Assembly (NCBI GenBank): GCA_039809245.1
Contig: JBDHUP010000004.1
Coordinates: forward strand, 12,599 to 76,598
Source: Minisyncoccia bacterium
GTDB lineage: Bacteria > Patescibacteriota > Minisyncoccia > Phycocordibacterales > UBA9973
DNA length: 64,000 bases
Direction of reading: 5' to 3'
Within the stretch, counting starts at the first letter, position 1. Every line of letters starts with the position of its first letter. Shown one piece after another: positions 29,275-39,924 of this stretch. The position numbers and the translations under genes are program-made. The notes under the pieces were generated by a model, which saw only the letters and a list, made by a program, of their open reading frames with translations, had not been told where the DNA came from and did not search any database.

Positions 29275-30606
29275 TTAATTATTATTCTTAAGTAGATTAT
29301 CCCCTATTTGGAAAGCAACACCTGCTCCCATTGTGACAATAATATCTTTCTCATTCATTTTTGGTATCCAAACTTTTAGATATTCTTCTGCACTCTTGAA
29401 ATCATCAAATGACATAGCTTTAACACCAGCTTCATTTATTCTTTCAGATAATATTTTAGAAGATATCGTTCCATCATCTTCTTCACGAGCGTAATATATA
29501 GGCAAAATTATCACACTGTCAGCATCTTTGAAGCTTTTAGCAAAGTCTGGAAGTAGTAATTTGGTACGACTGAATAGGTGTGGTTGGAATGCAACTGTGA
29601 TAGCCCATCCTTCACTCTTAGGGTATAACTCACGGAAACCTTGAAGAGTTGCTTTTATCTCAGCTGGATGATGAGCATAGTCGTCATATACTAAAGTACC
29701 ATTATTGAGTTTACCTTTGTATTCAAACCTCCTCCATGTACCAGGAAATACGGCTAAGGCAGAGTTTGCATTGGTATATGATGTAGCAAGAATAGACGCA
29801 ACAGTGAAAGCGGCGGCGGCATTTTGCTTGTTATGAATTCCAGGAATTTGAAGCTTAGTGACCGCACTCATAAAATCTGTATAATTCATAACTTTGGCTT
29901 TTATATCTTTTATAACATCAGCGATGTTTTCATCATCTGGATTACAAACTACAAATCCATCTGCTGGGACTTTCATTGCAAGCTCATGGAAGGCACTCTT
30001 TATATCTTCTATGTTTTTATAGTAGTCTAAATGGTCAGCATCTATATTTGTAATAACTAAAACATTTGGATTGAGATTTAGAAAAGACCTTTTATACTCA
30101 CAAGCCTCAGCAATAAATAAATCACTCTTACCTGCTATGAAATTACTCTTATCACCCACAAGTAAACTACCAATAATAACTGTCGGGTCTTTACCTTCAT
30201 CACGAAGAATCTGAGCTATCATTCCTGTGGTTGTCGTCTTGCCGTGTGTTCCTGAAATAGCGACGGTATATTTACCTTCACTCACTATTCCAAGCATTTC
30301 TGGATATGAACGAACTTCTATTTCTTTCTGTTCCTTTAATTGATTAAAGAGACTCTTACTCCAGCTCTCTATCGCAATAGTATAAACAATAAGATCTACA
30401 CCACTTGGAATATTCTCTATTGAAGATGAGCCTATAGTCACTTCTGCTCCTATATCTGTAAGCTCATGAACTATTTCAGAGTCTTGAATATCTTGTCCAC
30501 TAACCTTCTTACCTTCATACATCATCATCCGCGCAATCGCCGAAATACCAATACCTCCGATACCAATAAAGTGCACGTGTTTAATTTTTGATAAGTCTAA
30601 ATTCAT
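29275..30606 (-). CDS. murC: UDP-N-acetylmuramate--L-alanine ligase
   Basis: GIGGIGISA, GTHGKTTTT, DDYAHHPAEI, FQPH. Confidence 0.96.
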   Translation of the reverse strand: MNLDLSKIKHVHFIGIGGIGISAIARMMMYEGKKVSGQDIQDSEIVHELTDIGAEVTIGSSSIENIPSGVDLIVYTIAIESWSKSLFNQLKEQKEIEVRSYPEMLGIVSEGKYTVAISGTHGKTTTTGMIAQILRDEGKDPTVIIGSLLVGDKSNFIAGKSDLFIAEACEYKRSFLNLNPNVLVITNIDADHLDYYKNIEDIKSAFHELAMKVPADGFVVCNPDDENIADVIKDIKAKVMNYTDFMSAVTKLQIPGIHNKQNAAAAFTVASILATSYTNANSALAVFPGTWRRFEYKGKLNNGTLVYDDYAHHPAEIKATLQGFRELYPKSEGWAITVAFQPHLFSRTKLLLPDFAKSFKDADSVIILPIYYAREEDDGTISSKILSERINEAGVKAMSFDDFKSAEEYLKVWIPKMNEKDIIVTMGAGVAFQIGDNLLKNNN

Positions 30607-30610
30607 ATTT

Positions 30611-31192
30611 TTATAATACTACAAATTCCCCCTCAGAAAGAGTATACACTGGCAAATCTTCTTTATATTCTTTTAATTCATTCAGGGCATTATCAAAATC
30701 AAAATTTTTCGGAATTTCATCAAAATCCTTAGACTTCCAGTGTGGAATAACTTTAACAGGTAAGAGACCGAATCCATGACCAGTTCTACTAGAACTCAAT
30801 ACATGATAATATTTTGCTATCACTTCAGCTCCAGCAGAAGTTCCAGCTAAAACTTTGCCATCTAATTCTTTAATCCAGCTTGTATCCTTATTTAATAATT
30901 TAAACAATTCTTGAGTATGTCCTCCTCTTAAAAATATAACATCTGAATTCTTAACCTGTTCTTTAAATTTCATAGGATCAGCAAGTTCCAAAGTAAAATC
31001 TTTTATATATTTTGAAAGTAGAACTTTGTCAGAGTTAAATGTTTCTTCCCAATCTTCTTTTGGACGAGCAAACATACAGTCAAGGATTTTTACGGGTTTC
31101 TTATTAATTCCTTTTACTAATTCTTCGTAAAAAGCGCGTCCTCCATCTTTTGATCTATTTACAAAACCTCCAGCTAGAATATATTTAGTCAT
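30611..31192 (-). CDS. peptidase S51 (peptidase E-like, class I glutamine amidotransferase fold)
   Basis: IFLRGG.T, GTSAGA nucleophile elbow, VIPHW. Confidence 0.75.
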   Translation of the reverse strand: MTKYILAGGFVNRSKDGGRAFYEELVKGINKKPVKILDCMFARPKEDWEETFNSDKVLLSKYIKDFTLELADPMKFKEQVKNSDVIFLRGGHTQELFKLLNKDTSWIKELDGKVLAGTSAGAEVIAKYYHVLSSSRTGHGFGLLPVKVIPHWKSKDFDEIPKNFDFDNALNELKEYKEDLPVYTLSEGEFVVL

Positions 31193-31194
31193 GA

Positions 31195-32532
31195 TTATTT
31201 TAATTTATTTATTATTTTCATAAACTGATCATTGCGGTCGTATTCGTTGGTGAACATTCCAAATGATGCAAATGCTGGTGAGAATAATAACACGTCGCCC
31301 TTCTTTGCATGACTTAGACCTTTCCTTACTGCTTCATCTAATGATTTTACGTATTCGTGTTTAATTTTAATTTTATTGGTAGCCACAAATTTATCAGTAC
31401 CTGTTCCTGGAATTAGTATTACTTCTTTACAATACTTTTCTATCGATTTTTTTAGGTTCTTTGTGTCCAAATTTTTATCAGCTCCACCTAGTATAAGTAT
31501 TATACGAATACGCTTCATATCTTTACCTAGTGCTTCAAGGCCTGAGATAGTTGCCTCTGGTGTCGTAGCATTATTATCATTATAAACCTTCACACAATTT
31601 ACTTCTTTTACAAACTGCAACCTTCCTTCTACACCTTTGAAGTTTTTAATTACTTTCTTTATTGAAGTTTCTGGAATCTTAAATAGCTTCGCGACTTCTA
31701 CCGCGCAAGCAAGATTCTCCTTCTGATACTTACCAGGTACAACGAAATCGTATTTCTCTACATCTTTGGCTTTTGCAACAATAAGTTTACTTTTAACTTT
31801 CGGTATAAGCTTCTTCATATCTGGGCGAATTACAAGAGTGTCGCCTTTCTTCTGAAATTTAAAGATATTTGCCTTATCATCAAAATACTTCTTCATATCA
31901 TCTTTATAGTAGTTCATATGGTCTGGCATAAATGAAGTAAACACTGATATCTGTGGAGAAATTTTCGCACCACCGAAGCCTTGCAACTGCCATGAATCAA
32001 GCTCGAGTACCACAATATCCCCTGCTTTTACTTTATTAAGTAATGGAAGAGTCGCGCCACCACGTACATTGCCACCAATGTAAACTTTTCTATTTAATTT
32101 CTTTTCATTTGCTTTCAGTATCTCGTAGATAAGGGTTGTGGCCATAGTCTTACCACGAGTACCAGTCACTCCTATGATAGTAACTTCTGGTGCAAGTTTA
32201 GCAAAAAGTGAAGCATCCATTTCTACTGGAATCTTATTCTTCTCTGCTTCTTTTATATAAATAGAATCCATAGGCACTCCAGCGGCTTTTATAACCATAT
32301 CTGCATTTTTGAAATCTTTTAGGTCATGCTTTCCTAGAACATATTTTATATTTTTATATTTTGAAAGTTGCTTAAGTGATGAAGATAGCTGATCTTTGGT
32401 CTTTAAATCAGTCACAGTAAGATCCGCTCCACATTCTGCTAGGAATTTAGTATAAGCGATAGACCGACCGAGAAGGCCAAGACCCATAACCGTAATCTTT
32501 TTATCTTTAAAATATTTTTTGTAATTATTCAT
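31195..32532 (-). CDS. murD: UDP-MurNAc-L-Ala--D-glutamate ligase
   Basis: GLGLLG, GVTGTRGKT, ELDSWQL, GGADK, SPAFASF. Confidence 0.93.
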   Translation of the reverse strand: MNNYKKYFKDKKITVMGLGLLGRSIAYTKFLAECGADLTVTDLKTKDQLSSSLKQLSKYKNIKYVLGKHDLKDFKNADMVIKAAGVPMDSIYIKEAEKNKIPVEMDASLFAKLAPEVTIIGVTGTRGKTMATTLIYEILKANEKKLNRKVYIGGNVRGGATLPLLNKVKAGDIVVLELDSWQLQGFGGAKISPQISVFTSFMPDHMNYYKDDMKKYFDDKANIFKFQKKGDTLVIRPDMKKLIPKVKSKLIVAKAKDVEKYDFVVPGKYQKENLACAVEVAKLFKIPETSIKKVIKNFKGVEGRLQFVKEVNCVKVYNDNNATTPEATISGLEALGKDMKRIRIILILGGADKNLDTKNLKKSIEKYCKEVILIPGTGTDKFVATNKIKIKHEYVKSLDEAVRKGLSHAKKGDVLLFSPAFASFGMFTNEYDRNDQFMKIINKLK

Positions 32533-33718
32533 GTAAATATTTCTTCAATTCTTCCATATCATCGAAGTGATTCCGAACTCCATTAACCTCTTGGTACTTC
32601 TCATGACCCTTACCTGCAATTAAAAGAAAGTCTCCTCTCTTTGCGACAGAGCAAGCTCTCTCGATAGCCTTCTGTCGATTAGTCACTATGAAAACTTTTT
32701 CTTCCTTTGTTAAATCTATACCACGAGCCATATCTTCTATAATAGTATCTGGATTCTCAGTTCTAGGGTTGTCAGATGTCAGTATAACTATATCAGATAG
32801 ATCGTACCCAATGCGTGCCATTATTGGGCGCTTTGTTTTATCACGATCACCTCCACAACCAAATACAGAAATAATTCTTCTTGTATTTTTCGCAGGCAGT
32901 GCATCACCCCTCATTTCTATAATAGCCTTAAGTATATTCTCTAAGGCATCAGGAGTGTGGGCATAGTCTACAATTGCAGTCACTCCACTTTTACTTTTTA
33001 TATAATCAAATCTTCCTTCAACTGGCTTCAAACTCTTGATTAATTCTTTTACATTCTTTTTATCTTCTCCAAGCAAAGAAGCTGTCGCATATATAGAGAG
33101 TGCATTGTAAGCATTGAACTCTCCTAGTAACTTTGTCTCCAACCTTTCATTAAAATCTGCACTTGTTTTAAGTGAGTAAGTGTAGCTCTTTGCTTTTATA
33201 TCTTCTAGCATTGGGAGGCCATACTTATCATCAATATTAGCAAGTGCAAAGGCATCAGGTGGAAGCATCTCGAAGAACTTTTTCTTAGCTTTAAAATAGT
33301 TATCGAAATTCTTATGGTAATCCAAGTGGTCGTGAGTCAGATTTGTAAAAACCCCTCCAGCAAATTTAATACCGGCTACTCTGTTCTGATCCATAGCATG
33401 AGAAGATACTTCCATAAAGCAGTATTCACAACCTTCTTCCACCATTTTATTAAGTAACTTATTGAGTGTTATCGGGTCAGGGGTTGTATGACTTGCTTCT
33501 ATCGCTTCATCATTAACTTTATTTACAACTGTACCTATTAAGCCAGCCTTATGACCTAAATTACGAAAAAGCTGGTGGAGTAGAGTTGTAACAGTAGTCT
33601 TACCGTTTGTACCAGTAACACCTATAACTTTAATCTTCTCTGACGGATTACCATAAAAGTGGTTCTTCGCCATAAAGACTATAGAATTCCTCTTTATTTT
33701 CTTATATAGACTACCCAT
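32525..33718 (-). CDS. murE: UDP-MurNAc-dipeptide--diaminopimelate ligase (short N-terminus)
   Basis: GVTGTNGKTT, EVSSH, DYAHTPDAL, GCGGDRD, DNPR. Confidence 0.94.
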   Translation of the reverse strand: MGSLYKKIKRNSIVFMAKNHFYGNPSEKIKVIGVTGTNGKTTVTTLLHQLFRNLGHKAGLIGTVVNKVNDEAIEASHTTPDPITLNKLLNKMVEEGCEYCFMEVSSHAMDQNRVAGIKFAGGVFTNLTHDHLDYHKNFDNYFKAKKKFFEMLPPDAFALANIDDKYGLPMLEDIKAKSYTYSLKTSADFNERLETKLLGEFNAYNALSIYATASLLGEDKKNVKELIKSLKPVEGRFDYIKSKSGVTAIVDYAHTPDALENILKAIIEMRGDALPAKNTRRIISVFGCGGDRDKTKRPIMARIGYDLSDIVILTSDNPRTENPDTIIEDMARGIDLTKEEKVFIVTNRQKAIERACSVAKRGDFLLIAGKGHEKYQEVNGVRNHFDDMEELKKYLHE

Positions 33719-33779
33719 AAACTAACTTTAGCATAAGATAAAAACAAAAAACAGCATGTCATTTAAACATACTGTTCCA

Positions 33780-34361
33780 TTACTCCTCTAGCCATTTGTT
33801 ATATGCTTCTACAATAATTCTAGGTACTACTTCTTTGTTGTTCTTAGGGTTTGAGGTATCAATTACGAGATTGAAATTTTTAGGATCAGTGTGGTTTTCT
33901 ATACCATACATTTCCTTATACCTTTTTCTTTCACTTTCCAAACGATCCTCTAAAGATTTGGCAACTTCTTCAATAGTATTTAATCCTTGCCTTGTTTCAT
34001 TATGTCTGTTTGGGTTATTTTTTGAATCCTCTATTACTCTTTTAGCAGCAGTTTTAGAATCGCAAAAAAGGAAAACTTTGAAAGCTTCAGGTATGAAATG
34101 AAAACCTAATCTTGAATCAAGAACTATGTTTTCTTCTTTACCAATTTCACGATTATAGTCATCAAGAGCAATATCAATACTAGGATCTTTCTCAGCAAGT
34201 TCAGCGAGTTCTTCTAGTGTTATACCTCTTTCTGATGCCATCTTTCTCATAAAATCACCTGTTGATTTCTTTTGATAACCCAAAAGGTTTGAAACCCCAG
34301 TTGAAGCGGAAGATTTTCCACCTCCATTATTACCAGCTATTGTAATTATATGTTTTTTCAT
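33780..34361 (-). CDS. cmk: cytidylate kinase (archaeal-type family)
   Basis: P-loop GNNGGGKS, GDFMR..A..RG, LDSRLG, RYKEMYGI. Confidence 0.8.
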   Translation of the reverse strand: MKKHIITIAGNNGGGKSSASTGVSNLLGYQKKSTGDFMRKMASERGITLEELAELAEKDPSIDIALDDYNREIGKEENIVLDSRLGFHFIPEAFKVFLFCDSKTAAKRVIEDSKNNPNRHNETRQGLNTIEEVAKSLEDRLESERKRYKEMYGIENHTDPKNFNLVIDTSNPKNNKEVVPRIIVEAYNKWLEE

Positions 34362-34442
34362 AATCGTAGTTTTATTTTCACATTATACTACAATATTTAA
34401 ATAATATAGTCAAAATATACCATTTCTGATAGAATGAGCCTT

Positions 34443-35495
34443 ATGAAAATTCTAGCAATAGAAACTTCCTGTGATGATACATGTGTAGCAGTAATTGAAG
34501 TAAAAGAATCGAAAGAAAAATCTACTTTCAAAGTACTTGCCAATATCGTCCAATCTCAAGATATACATAAAGAGTATGGGGGTGTCTTCCCTATGATGGC
34601 TAAACGCGAGCATATGAAAAATATTGGCCCAATATTTGATCTTGCTATGAAAAAAGCAAAAAATCCTAAGATAGATGCTATAGCTGTCACTGTCGGCCCT
34701 GGACTCGAGCCAGCTCTATGGGTAGGAATAACTTTCGCAAAAGAGCTTGGTGAGAAACTGGGCGTTCCCATCATTCCAGTAAACCACATGGAAGGACATA
34801 TCCTATCTATATTCCCAAAGAAAACAAAAACTTTCACAATAGATAAAAAAGCTAAGATATTCCCTAGCCTTTCACTTCTAATTTCTGGTGGACATACGGA
34901 GATAGTTCTATCAAAAAAATTCGGAGAATATAAAATTATAGGTAGTACGCGCGATGACGCCGTCGGTGAAGCTTTCGATAAGGTTGCACGTATGCTAGGG
35001 CTTCCTTATCCTGGAGGACCAGAGATATCTAAACTGGCAAAAGAACAAAGAAAGATTAATAAGCAAAGTAAGATTATACTCCCTCGCCCTATGATACATT
35101 CTAAAGATTATGACTTCTCTTTCTCTGGACTCAAAACTGCAGTTCTCTACTATATTCGCGACTATGGACCACTTACCGAAAAAATGAAGAGAGAGATAGC
35201 TCGTGAATTCGAAGATGCTGCTATTGAAGTACTCATACACAAAACTCTTCGTGCTGTAAAACAATATAAAGCAAAAACTTTAATAGTTGGAGGTGGCGTA
35301 TCAGCAAATACATACCTAAAGAAAATATTAAAGAGGAGTCTGAAGGAAGTTGATTTAAAAACTAAAATATACTTCCCTGTAAAAGGATTGAGTACTGATA
35401 ACGCTCTCATGATAGCTATAGCTGGATACTTTCAATATAAAAAAGGGTCTAAATCAAAGAGTAAACTAAAGGCGATCGGAAATTTAGCCTTATAG
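34443..35495 (+). CDS. tsaD: tRNA t6A synthase TsaD
   Basis: IETSCDDT, HMEGH, SGGHT, DDAVGEAFDK, TDNA. Confidence 0.96.
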   Translation: MKILAIETSCDDTCVAVIEVKESKEKSTFKVLANIVQSQDIHKEYGGVFPMMAKREHMKNIGPIFDLAMKKAKNPKIDAIAVTVGPGLEPALWVGITFAKELGEKLGVPIIPVNHMEGHILSIFPKKTKTFTIDKKAKIFPSLSLLISGGHTEIVLSKKFGEYKIIGSTRDDAVGEAFDKVARMLGLPYPGGPEISKLAKEQRKINKQSKIILPRPMIHSKDYDFSFSGLKTAVLYYIRDYGPLTEKMKREIAREFEDAAIEVLIHKTLRAVKQYKAKTLIVGGGVSANTYLKKILKRSLKEVDLKTKIYFPVKGLSTDNALMIAIAGYFQYKKGSKSKSKLKAIGNLAL

Positions 35496-35532
35496 CGTTG
35501 GAGAAAGCACTCTAAAATGCTATATTTTAGGT

Positions 35533-37725
35533 ATGAAAGAAGATATGCCTGATATTAATCCGAAGTTACTTTCACCTTATAATCCAAAAGAAACAGAAGA
35601 TCGCATATATAAACTCTGGGAAGAGAGCGGTTTTTTTAACCCTGATACTTGTATTGAAAAAGGCATAACAAAGGCTGATGCAGAACCTTTCTCTATTGTT
35701 CTTCCCCCACCAAACGTAACTGGAACATTACATATAGGACACGCATCAATGCTCGTGATAGAAGATATAATGGTTCGCTTTGCTCGCATGCAAGGTAAAC
35801 GCACACTCTGGATTCCAGGTACTGATCATGCAGCAATAGCCACCCAATCAAAAGTAGAGAAAATAATAGAGAAAGAGGAAGGCAAAAGAAAAAGTGATTT
35901 AGGACGTGAAGAATTCTTAAAACGTGTAGAGAAATTTGCCCAAGAGAGCCACGACACGATAGTCTCCCAAATTAAAAAGATGGGGGCTTCTATTGACTGG
36001 TCTCGTGAAGCTTTTACACTCGATGAGAAACGGAGCCTTGCTGTTCGAACAGCATTTAAGCAAATGTATGACGATGGGCTTATCTATAGAGGGCATCGCA
36101 TAGTGAACTGGGATCCAAAAGGTCAAACCGTAATATCGGATGACGAGATAGTATATAAAGAAGAGAAAACAAAATTTTACTATTTAAAGTACGGGCCTTT
36201 CACTATTGGGACTGCTCGCCCCGAAACAAAGTTCGGCGACAAGTATGTAGTTATGCATCCAGATGATGCTAGATATAGTAAATACAAACATGGCGATAAG
36301 TTAATCGTAGAATGGATTAATGGTCCTATCGATGCAACAATAATCAAAGATGAAAGTATAGATATGGAATTCGGTACAGGAGTTATGACTATTACTCCAT
36401 GGCACTCTGCAATAGACTTTGAGATAGCCGAGCGACACAACTTAGATAAAGAACAAATAATAGATAAATATGGCAAGCTCCTCCCTATCGCCGGAGATTT
36501 TGCCGGTATGAAGATAAAAGATGCTCGTGCAAAAATAATCGAAAGACTTGAAGAAAAAGGTCTTGTAGAAAAGACTGAGGATTATACACACAACATAGCT
36601 ACAGCAGAACGCACAGAAGCAGTTATAGAACCACAGATTATGAATCAATGGTTCATAAATGTAAATAAACCTATTCCCGCTCGCAATAACAAAACTCTAA
36701 AAGAACTGATGCTTGACCCTGTGAGTAATGAGCAGATAGATATCTTGCCAGAGAATTTTAAGAAAGTTTACTTCAACTGGGTAGAAAATTTGCGTGACTG
36801 GTGTATATCAAGACAAATATGGTATGGGCACAGAATTCCAGTCTGGTACAAAAATGAAGAAATATATTGTGGAATAGAAGCACCAAAAGAAGCTGGTTGG
36901 ATTCAAGACGAAGATACACTTGATACTTGGTTCTCTTCTGGGCTTTGGACATTCTCAACTCTAGGCTGGCCAGAGCAAACAAAAGATCTAGCAGATTACC
37001 ATCCTACTACAATACTTGAAACTGGGTACGATATTATATTCTTCTGGGTTGCGCGTATGATACTTATGTCGCAATACCTGCTTGGTGAAATTCCATTCAA
37101 AACTGTATATCTTCATGGGCTTGTTCGTGACGCTCAAGGTAGAAAGATGAGTAAATCTCTTGGAAATATTATCGACCCACTTGATGTCTCTGCCAAATAC
37201 GGAGCGGACGCTGTACGAATGTCACTAGTCATAGGGACCGGTCCCGGAAACGACAGTAAGATGAGTGAAGATAAAATAAAAGCATATAAGAACTATGCGA
37301 ATAAACTATGGAACATAACTCGCTTTGTCCTCTCCTCTACTGAAAATATTGAATATGATGAAAAGTTCGATAGTTGGACAGATAAAGATAGAGCACTTAT
37401 CGAAGAAAGAAATTCTATTATGAAAACTATTACTAAAGAGATGGAAGAGTATAAATTCTATCTAGTTGGTGATAAAATATATCAGTACACTTGGGCAAGA
37501 TTTGCAGACGTTATAATAGAAGAAAGTAAGCCGATACTTCAAGGAGATAATACTGAGGATAAGAATTCACGCGCACAATTCCTACTTGAAACTCTCCGAG
37601 AAATTATAACTGTGCTTCATCCATTCATGCCATTTGTGACAGAAGAAATATGGTCAATGCTTCCGATTAAAAATAAAAACTTACTAATGGTAACTCCATG
37701 GCCTATAGATAATAAAAATGCTTAA
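35533..37725 (+). CDS. valS: valyl-tRNA synthetase (short form)
   Basis: PPPNVTGTLHIGH, DWCISRQ, DTWFSS, KMSKS. Confidence 0.95.
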   Translation: MKEDMPDINPKLLSPYNPKETEDRIYKLWEESGFFNPDTCIEKGITKADAEPFSIVLPPPNVTGTLHIGHASMLVIEDIMVRFARMQGKRTLWIPGTDHAAIATQSKVEKIIEKEEGKRKSDLGREEFLKRVEKFAQESHDTIVSQIKKMGASIDWSREAFTLDEKRSLAVRTAFKQMYDDGLIYRGHRIVNWDPKGQTVISDDEIVYKEEKTKFYYLKYGPFTIGTARPETKFGDKYVVMHPDDARYSKYKHGDKLIVEWINGPIDATIIKDESIDMEFGTGVMTITPWHSAIDFEIAERHNLDKEQIIDKYGKLLPIAGDFAGMKIKDARAKIIERLEEKGLVEKTEDYTHNIATAERTEAVIEPQIMNQWFINVNKPIPARNNKTLKELMLDPVSNEQIDILPENFKKVYFNWVENLRDWCISRQIWYGHRIPVWYKNEEIYCGIEAPKEAGWIQDEDTLDTWFSSGLWTFSTLGWPEQTKDLADYHPTTILETGYDIIFFWVARMILMSQYLLGEIPFKTVYLHGLVRDAQGRKMSKSLGNIIDPLDVSAKYGADAVRMSLVIGTGPGNDSKMSEDKIKAYKNYANKLWNITRFVLSSTENIEYDEKFDSWTDKDRALIEERNSIMKTITKEMEEYKFYLVGDKIYQYTWARFADVIIEESKPILQGDNTEDKNSRAQFLLETLREIITVLHPFMPFVTEEIWSMLPIKNKNLLMVTPWPIDNKNA

Positions 37726-38431
37726 AGATCCGAAAACTCTACTATTTGCAATTATAGGCGGTGCATTACCTGCTATATTTTGGTTATGGTTTTGGCTAAA
37801 AGAAGAAGATTCCGAAAATACAGCTCCAAGAGGTCTGGTTATTTTGTCATTTATACTTGGAGGAATCATAGTAGTCATCGCTATTTGGCTTGAAAAATAT
37901 TCACTTAAGTATATATTCGACAATACAAGGCAAGTCATAGTCTGGGCCTCGATAGAAGAATTATTAAAGTTTGCTGGAGTCGCAGTCATAATCTTAAGTA
38001 TTAGAGAAGTGAAAAAGCCTATTGATTACCCTATGTACTTTATTGCTGTTGCACTTGGATTTGCCGCCTTAGAGAATATCCTATATCTTCTTCAACCACT
38101 ATATGTAAATGGAACAGTAGTTGGACTTTTAACTGGTAATCTACGCTTCCTAGGGTCAACTTTATTACACGCCATAGCGAGTGGTATGATTGGCAGTGCT
38201 TTAGGCTTATCATTTTTCCTACAAAAATACAGAGGAATATACCTATTATTCGGAATTATCTTTGCGATTGTGTTGCATAGTACCTTTAATTTTTTTATAA
38301 TGAAAGGAAGCGGTGAAAACTTCCTTAGTGTGTTCGGATTGTTATGGGTCGTCGCGATTATCAGTATACTTATTTTTGAAAAATTAAAACGTATGGGGAA
38401 TTATATTGTTCCTTCTACGTCGTTAAAATAA
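37718..38431 (+). CDS. PrsW-family intramembrane metalloprotease
   Basis: IEELLK, GFAALENILY, LHA, LHSTFN. Confidence 0.88.
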   Translation: MLKDPKTLLFAIIGGALPAIFWLWFWLKEEDSENTAPRGLVILSFILGGIIVVIAIWLEKYSLKYIFDNTRQVIVWASIEELLKFAGVAVIILSIREVKKPIDYPMYFIAVALGFAALENILYLLQPLYVNGTVVGLLTGNLRFLGSTLLHAIASGMIGSALGLSFFLQKYRGIYLLFGIIFAIVLHSTFNFFIMKGSGENFLSVFGLLWVVAIISILIFEKLKRMGNYIVPSTSLK

Positions 38432-38437
38432 ATCTAT

Positions 38438-38941
38438 ATGTCAAACAAAAAATCATTTTTAGAACGCCTAACAGGTAGTATACGCTTCGAAGACGAAGAG
38501 GAAGATAAGTCCCCTGCTTCATCAGATATGATTAAGAAAATATCTGTCTCAGAGAAAGATGACTTCGATCATAAAGAAATAAAGAAAGAATCAAAATGGG
38601 AAGAGGAAGAAGAAGCTCAACTTACAGTAGACCTATACCAAACACCTACAGATATAATTGTCCAGACTATGGTTGCAGGAGTTTTGCCAGATAACCTTTC
38701 TATATCTATTACTCGCGATATGATAACAATAAGAGGTAAAAGAGAGGAAAACCAGTCTATAAACAGCGACAACTATTTCGTACAAGAGCTGTATTGGGGA
38801 ACATTTTCAAGAACTATTTCCCTTCCAGAAGAAGTTGATCCTGAGGAGGCGGAAGCTATCGAAAAGCACGGGTTACTTATCATAAAGCTACCAAAGATAA
38901 ATAAAAATAAAGAGACTAAACTCAAAGTAAAATCAATCTAA
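38438..38941 (+). CDS. small heat-shock protein Hsp20
   Basis: Alpha-crystallin pattern VDLY..., FSRTISLP, GLLIIKLPK. Confidence 0.9.
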   Translation: MSNKKSFLERLTGSIRFEDEEEDKSPASSDMIKKISVSEKDDFDHKEIKKESKWEEEEEAQLTVDLYQTPTDIIVQTMVAGVLPDNLSISITRDMITIRGKREENQSINSDNYFVQELYWGTFSRTISLPEEVDPEEAEAIEKHGLLIIKLPKINKNKETKLKVKSI

Positions 38942-38984
38942 ACAATAAACCCCGCATCTGTGCGGGGTTTATTATTTAATAGTG

Positions 38985-39057
38985 TGCCGAGACCCAGATT
39001 CGAACTGGGGACCTATCCCTCTTCAGGGGAGCGCTCTACCAACTGAGCTATCTCGGC
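38985..39057 (-). tRNA. tRNA-Phe(GAA)
   Basis: GCCGAGA/TCTCGGC acceptor, anticodon loop CTGAAGA, GTTCGAATC. Confidence 0.93.
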
Positions 39058-39064
39058 ATAAATC

Positions 39065-39358
39065 TTACTTTAGTGAATCAAAGAAATCCTGCATCTGCTG
39101 TCTATTGCTCAAGTTATTTATGACATCATTAACTTTTGGAGTACCAGACAATCCTCCAGTATAAACATTAAAGATATTACTTATAAATGGCTTTATGAAA
39201 TACAGAGCACCAAATGTTGAGAGTATTATAATACCCCAATAGACAAACCGATAAACCATAGCCATCTTTTGAGCACGAACAAGCTTATTAAGCATCTCAT
39301 TATTCTGCTTAGCAAGTTCGATACTTTCCATTAAAAGCTGTTTTGTTTCAGCGTCCAT
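39065..39358 (-). CDS. hypothetical single-TM protein
   Basis: 97-aa ORF between tRNA genes. Confidence 0.65.
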   Translation of the reverse strand: MDAETKQLLMESIELAKQNNEMLNKLVRAQKMAMVYRFVYWGIIILSTFGALYFIKPFISNIFNVYTGGLSGTPKVNDVINNLSNRQQMQDFFDSLK

Positions 39359-39397
39359 TAATGGAACTTTAGCATATTTACATAGAAAATAAAAGTG

Positions 39398-39469
39398 TGC
39401 CCTCGGCGGGAATCGAACCTACATCTATTCCTTAGGACGGAACTGTTCTATCCATTGAACTACGAGGGC
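39398..39469 (-). tRNA. tRNA-Arg(CCT)
   Basis: GCCCTCG/CGAGGGC acceptor, anticodon loop GTCCTAA, GGTTCGATTCC. Confidence 0.92.
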
Positions 39470-39527
39470 AATACTATAAAAGCACCATTTCTGGTGCTTT
39501 TATAATACGTTATAATCCCTCAAAATG

Positions 39528-39767
39528 CTACCCTGTTATACCTAGAAGTTCAACAATTTTAGGCTTATTAAAACCTACAACGATATTGTTCCCTATGACT
39601 ATAACTGGTACACCCATTTGACCACTCTTTTCAATCATTTCTTTGCGTTTATCTTGATTACCAGCTACATCGAAATCTTCAAAAGGGACATTCTTTTCTG
39701 TGAAAAATTCTTTAGCCATATGGCAGAAGTGGCATGATGGAGTACTATATATTGTTACTTTATTCAT
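39528..39767 (-). CDS. glutaredoxin-like protein (NrdH/YruB type)
   Basis: CHFC active site, GQMGVPVI. Confidence 0.92.
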   Translation of the reverse strand: MNKVTIYSTPSCHFCHMAKEFFTEKNVPFEDFDVAGNQDKRKEMIEKSGQMGVPVIVIGNNIVVGFNKPKIVELLGITG

Positions 39768-39850
39768 AATTTTTATTCCGCAACGCGGTGTTATTGATAA
39801 ATGAACCTCTATTATATCATACGAGTAAATATTGCAACACTTGACACCTG

Positions 39851-39921
39851 TGCGGGATACGAGAATCGAACTCGTGTCTCAACCTTGGGAAGGTCGCATG
39901 CTACCACTATACCAATCCCGC
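39851..39921 (-). tRNA. tRNA-Gly(CCC)
   Basis: GCGGGAT/ATCCCGC acceptor, anticodon loop TTCCCAA, GTTCGATTC. Confidence 0.93.
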
Positions 39922-39924
39922 AAT

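Noticed and set aside
30611-31192. Peptidase S51 gene between murD and murC as a mobile cassette
   Set aside because: No flanking repeats seen; tightly packed and co-oriented, so only an operon insertion can be claimed
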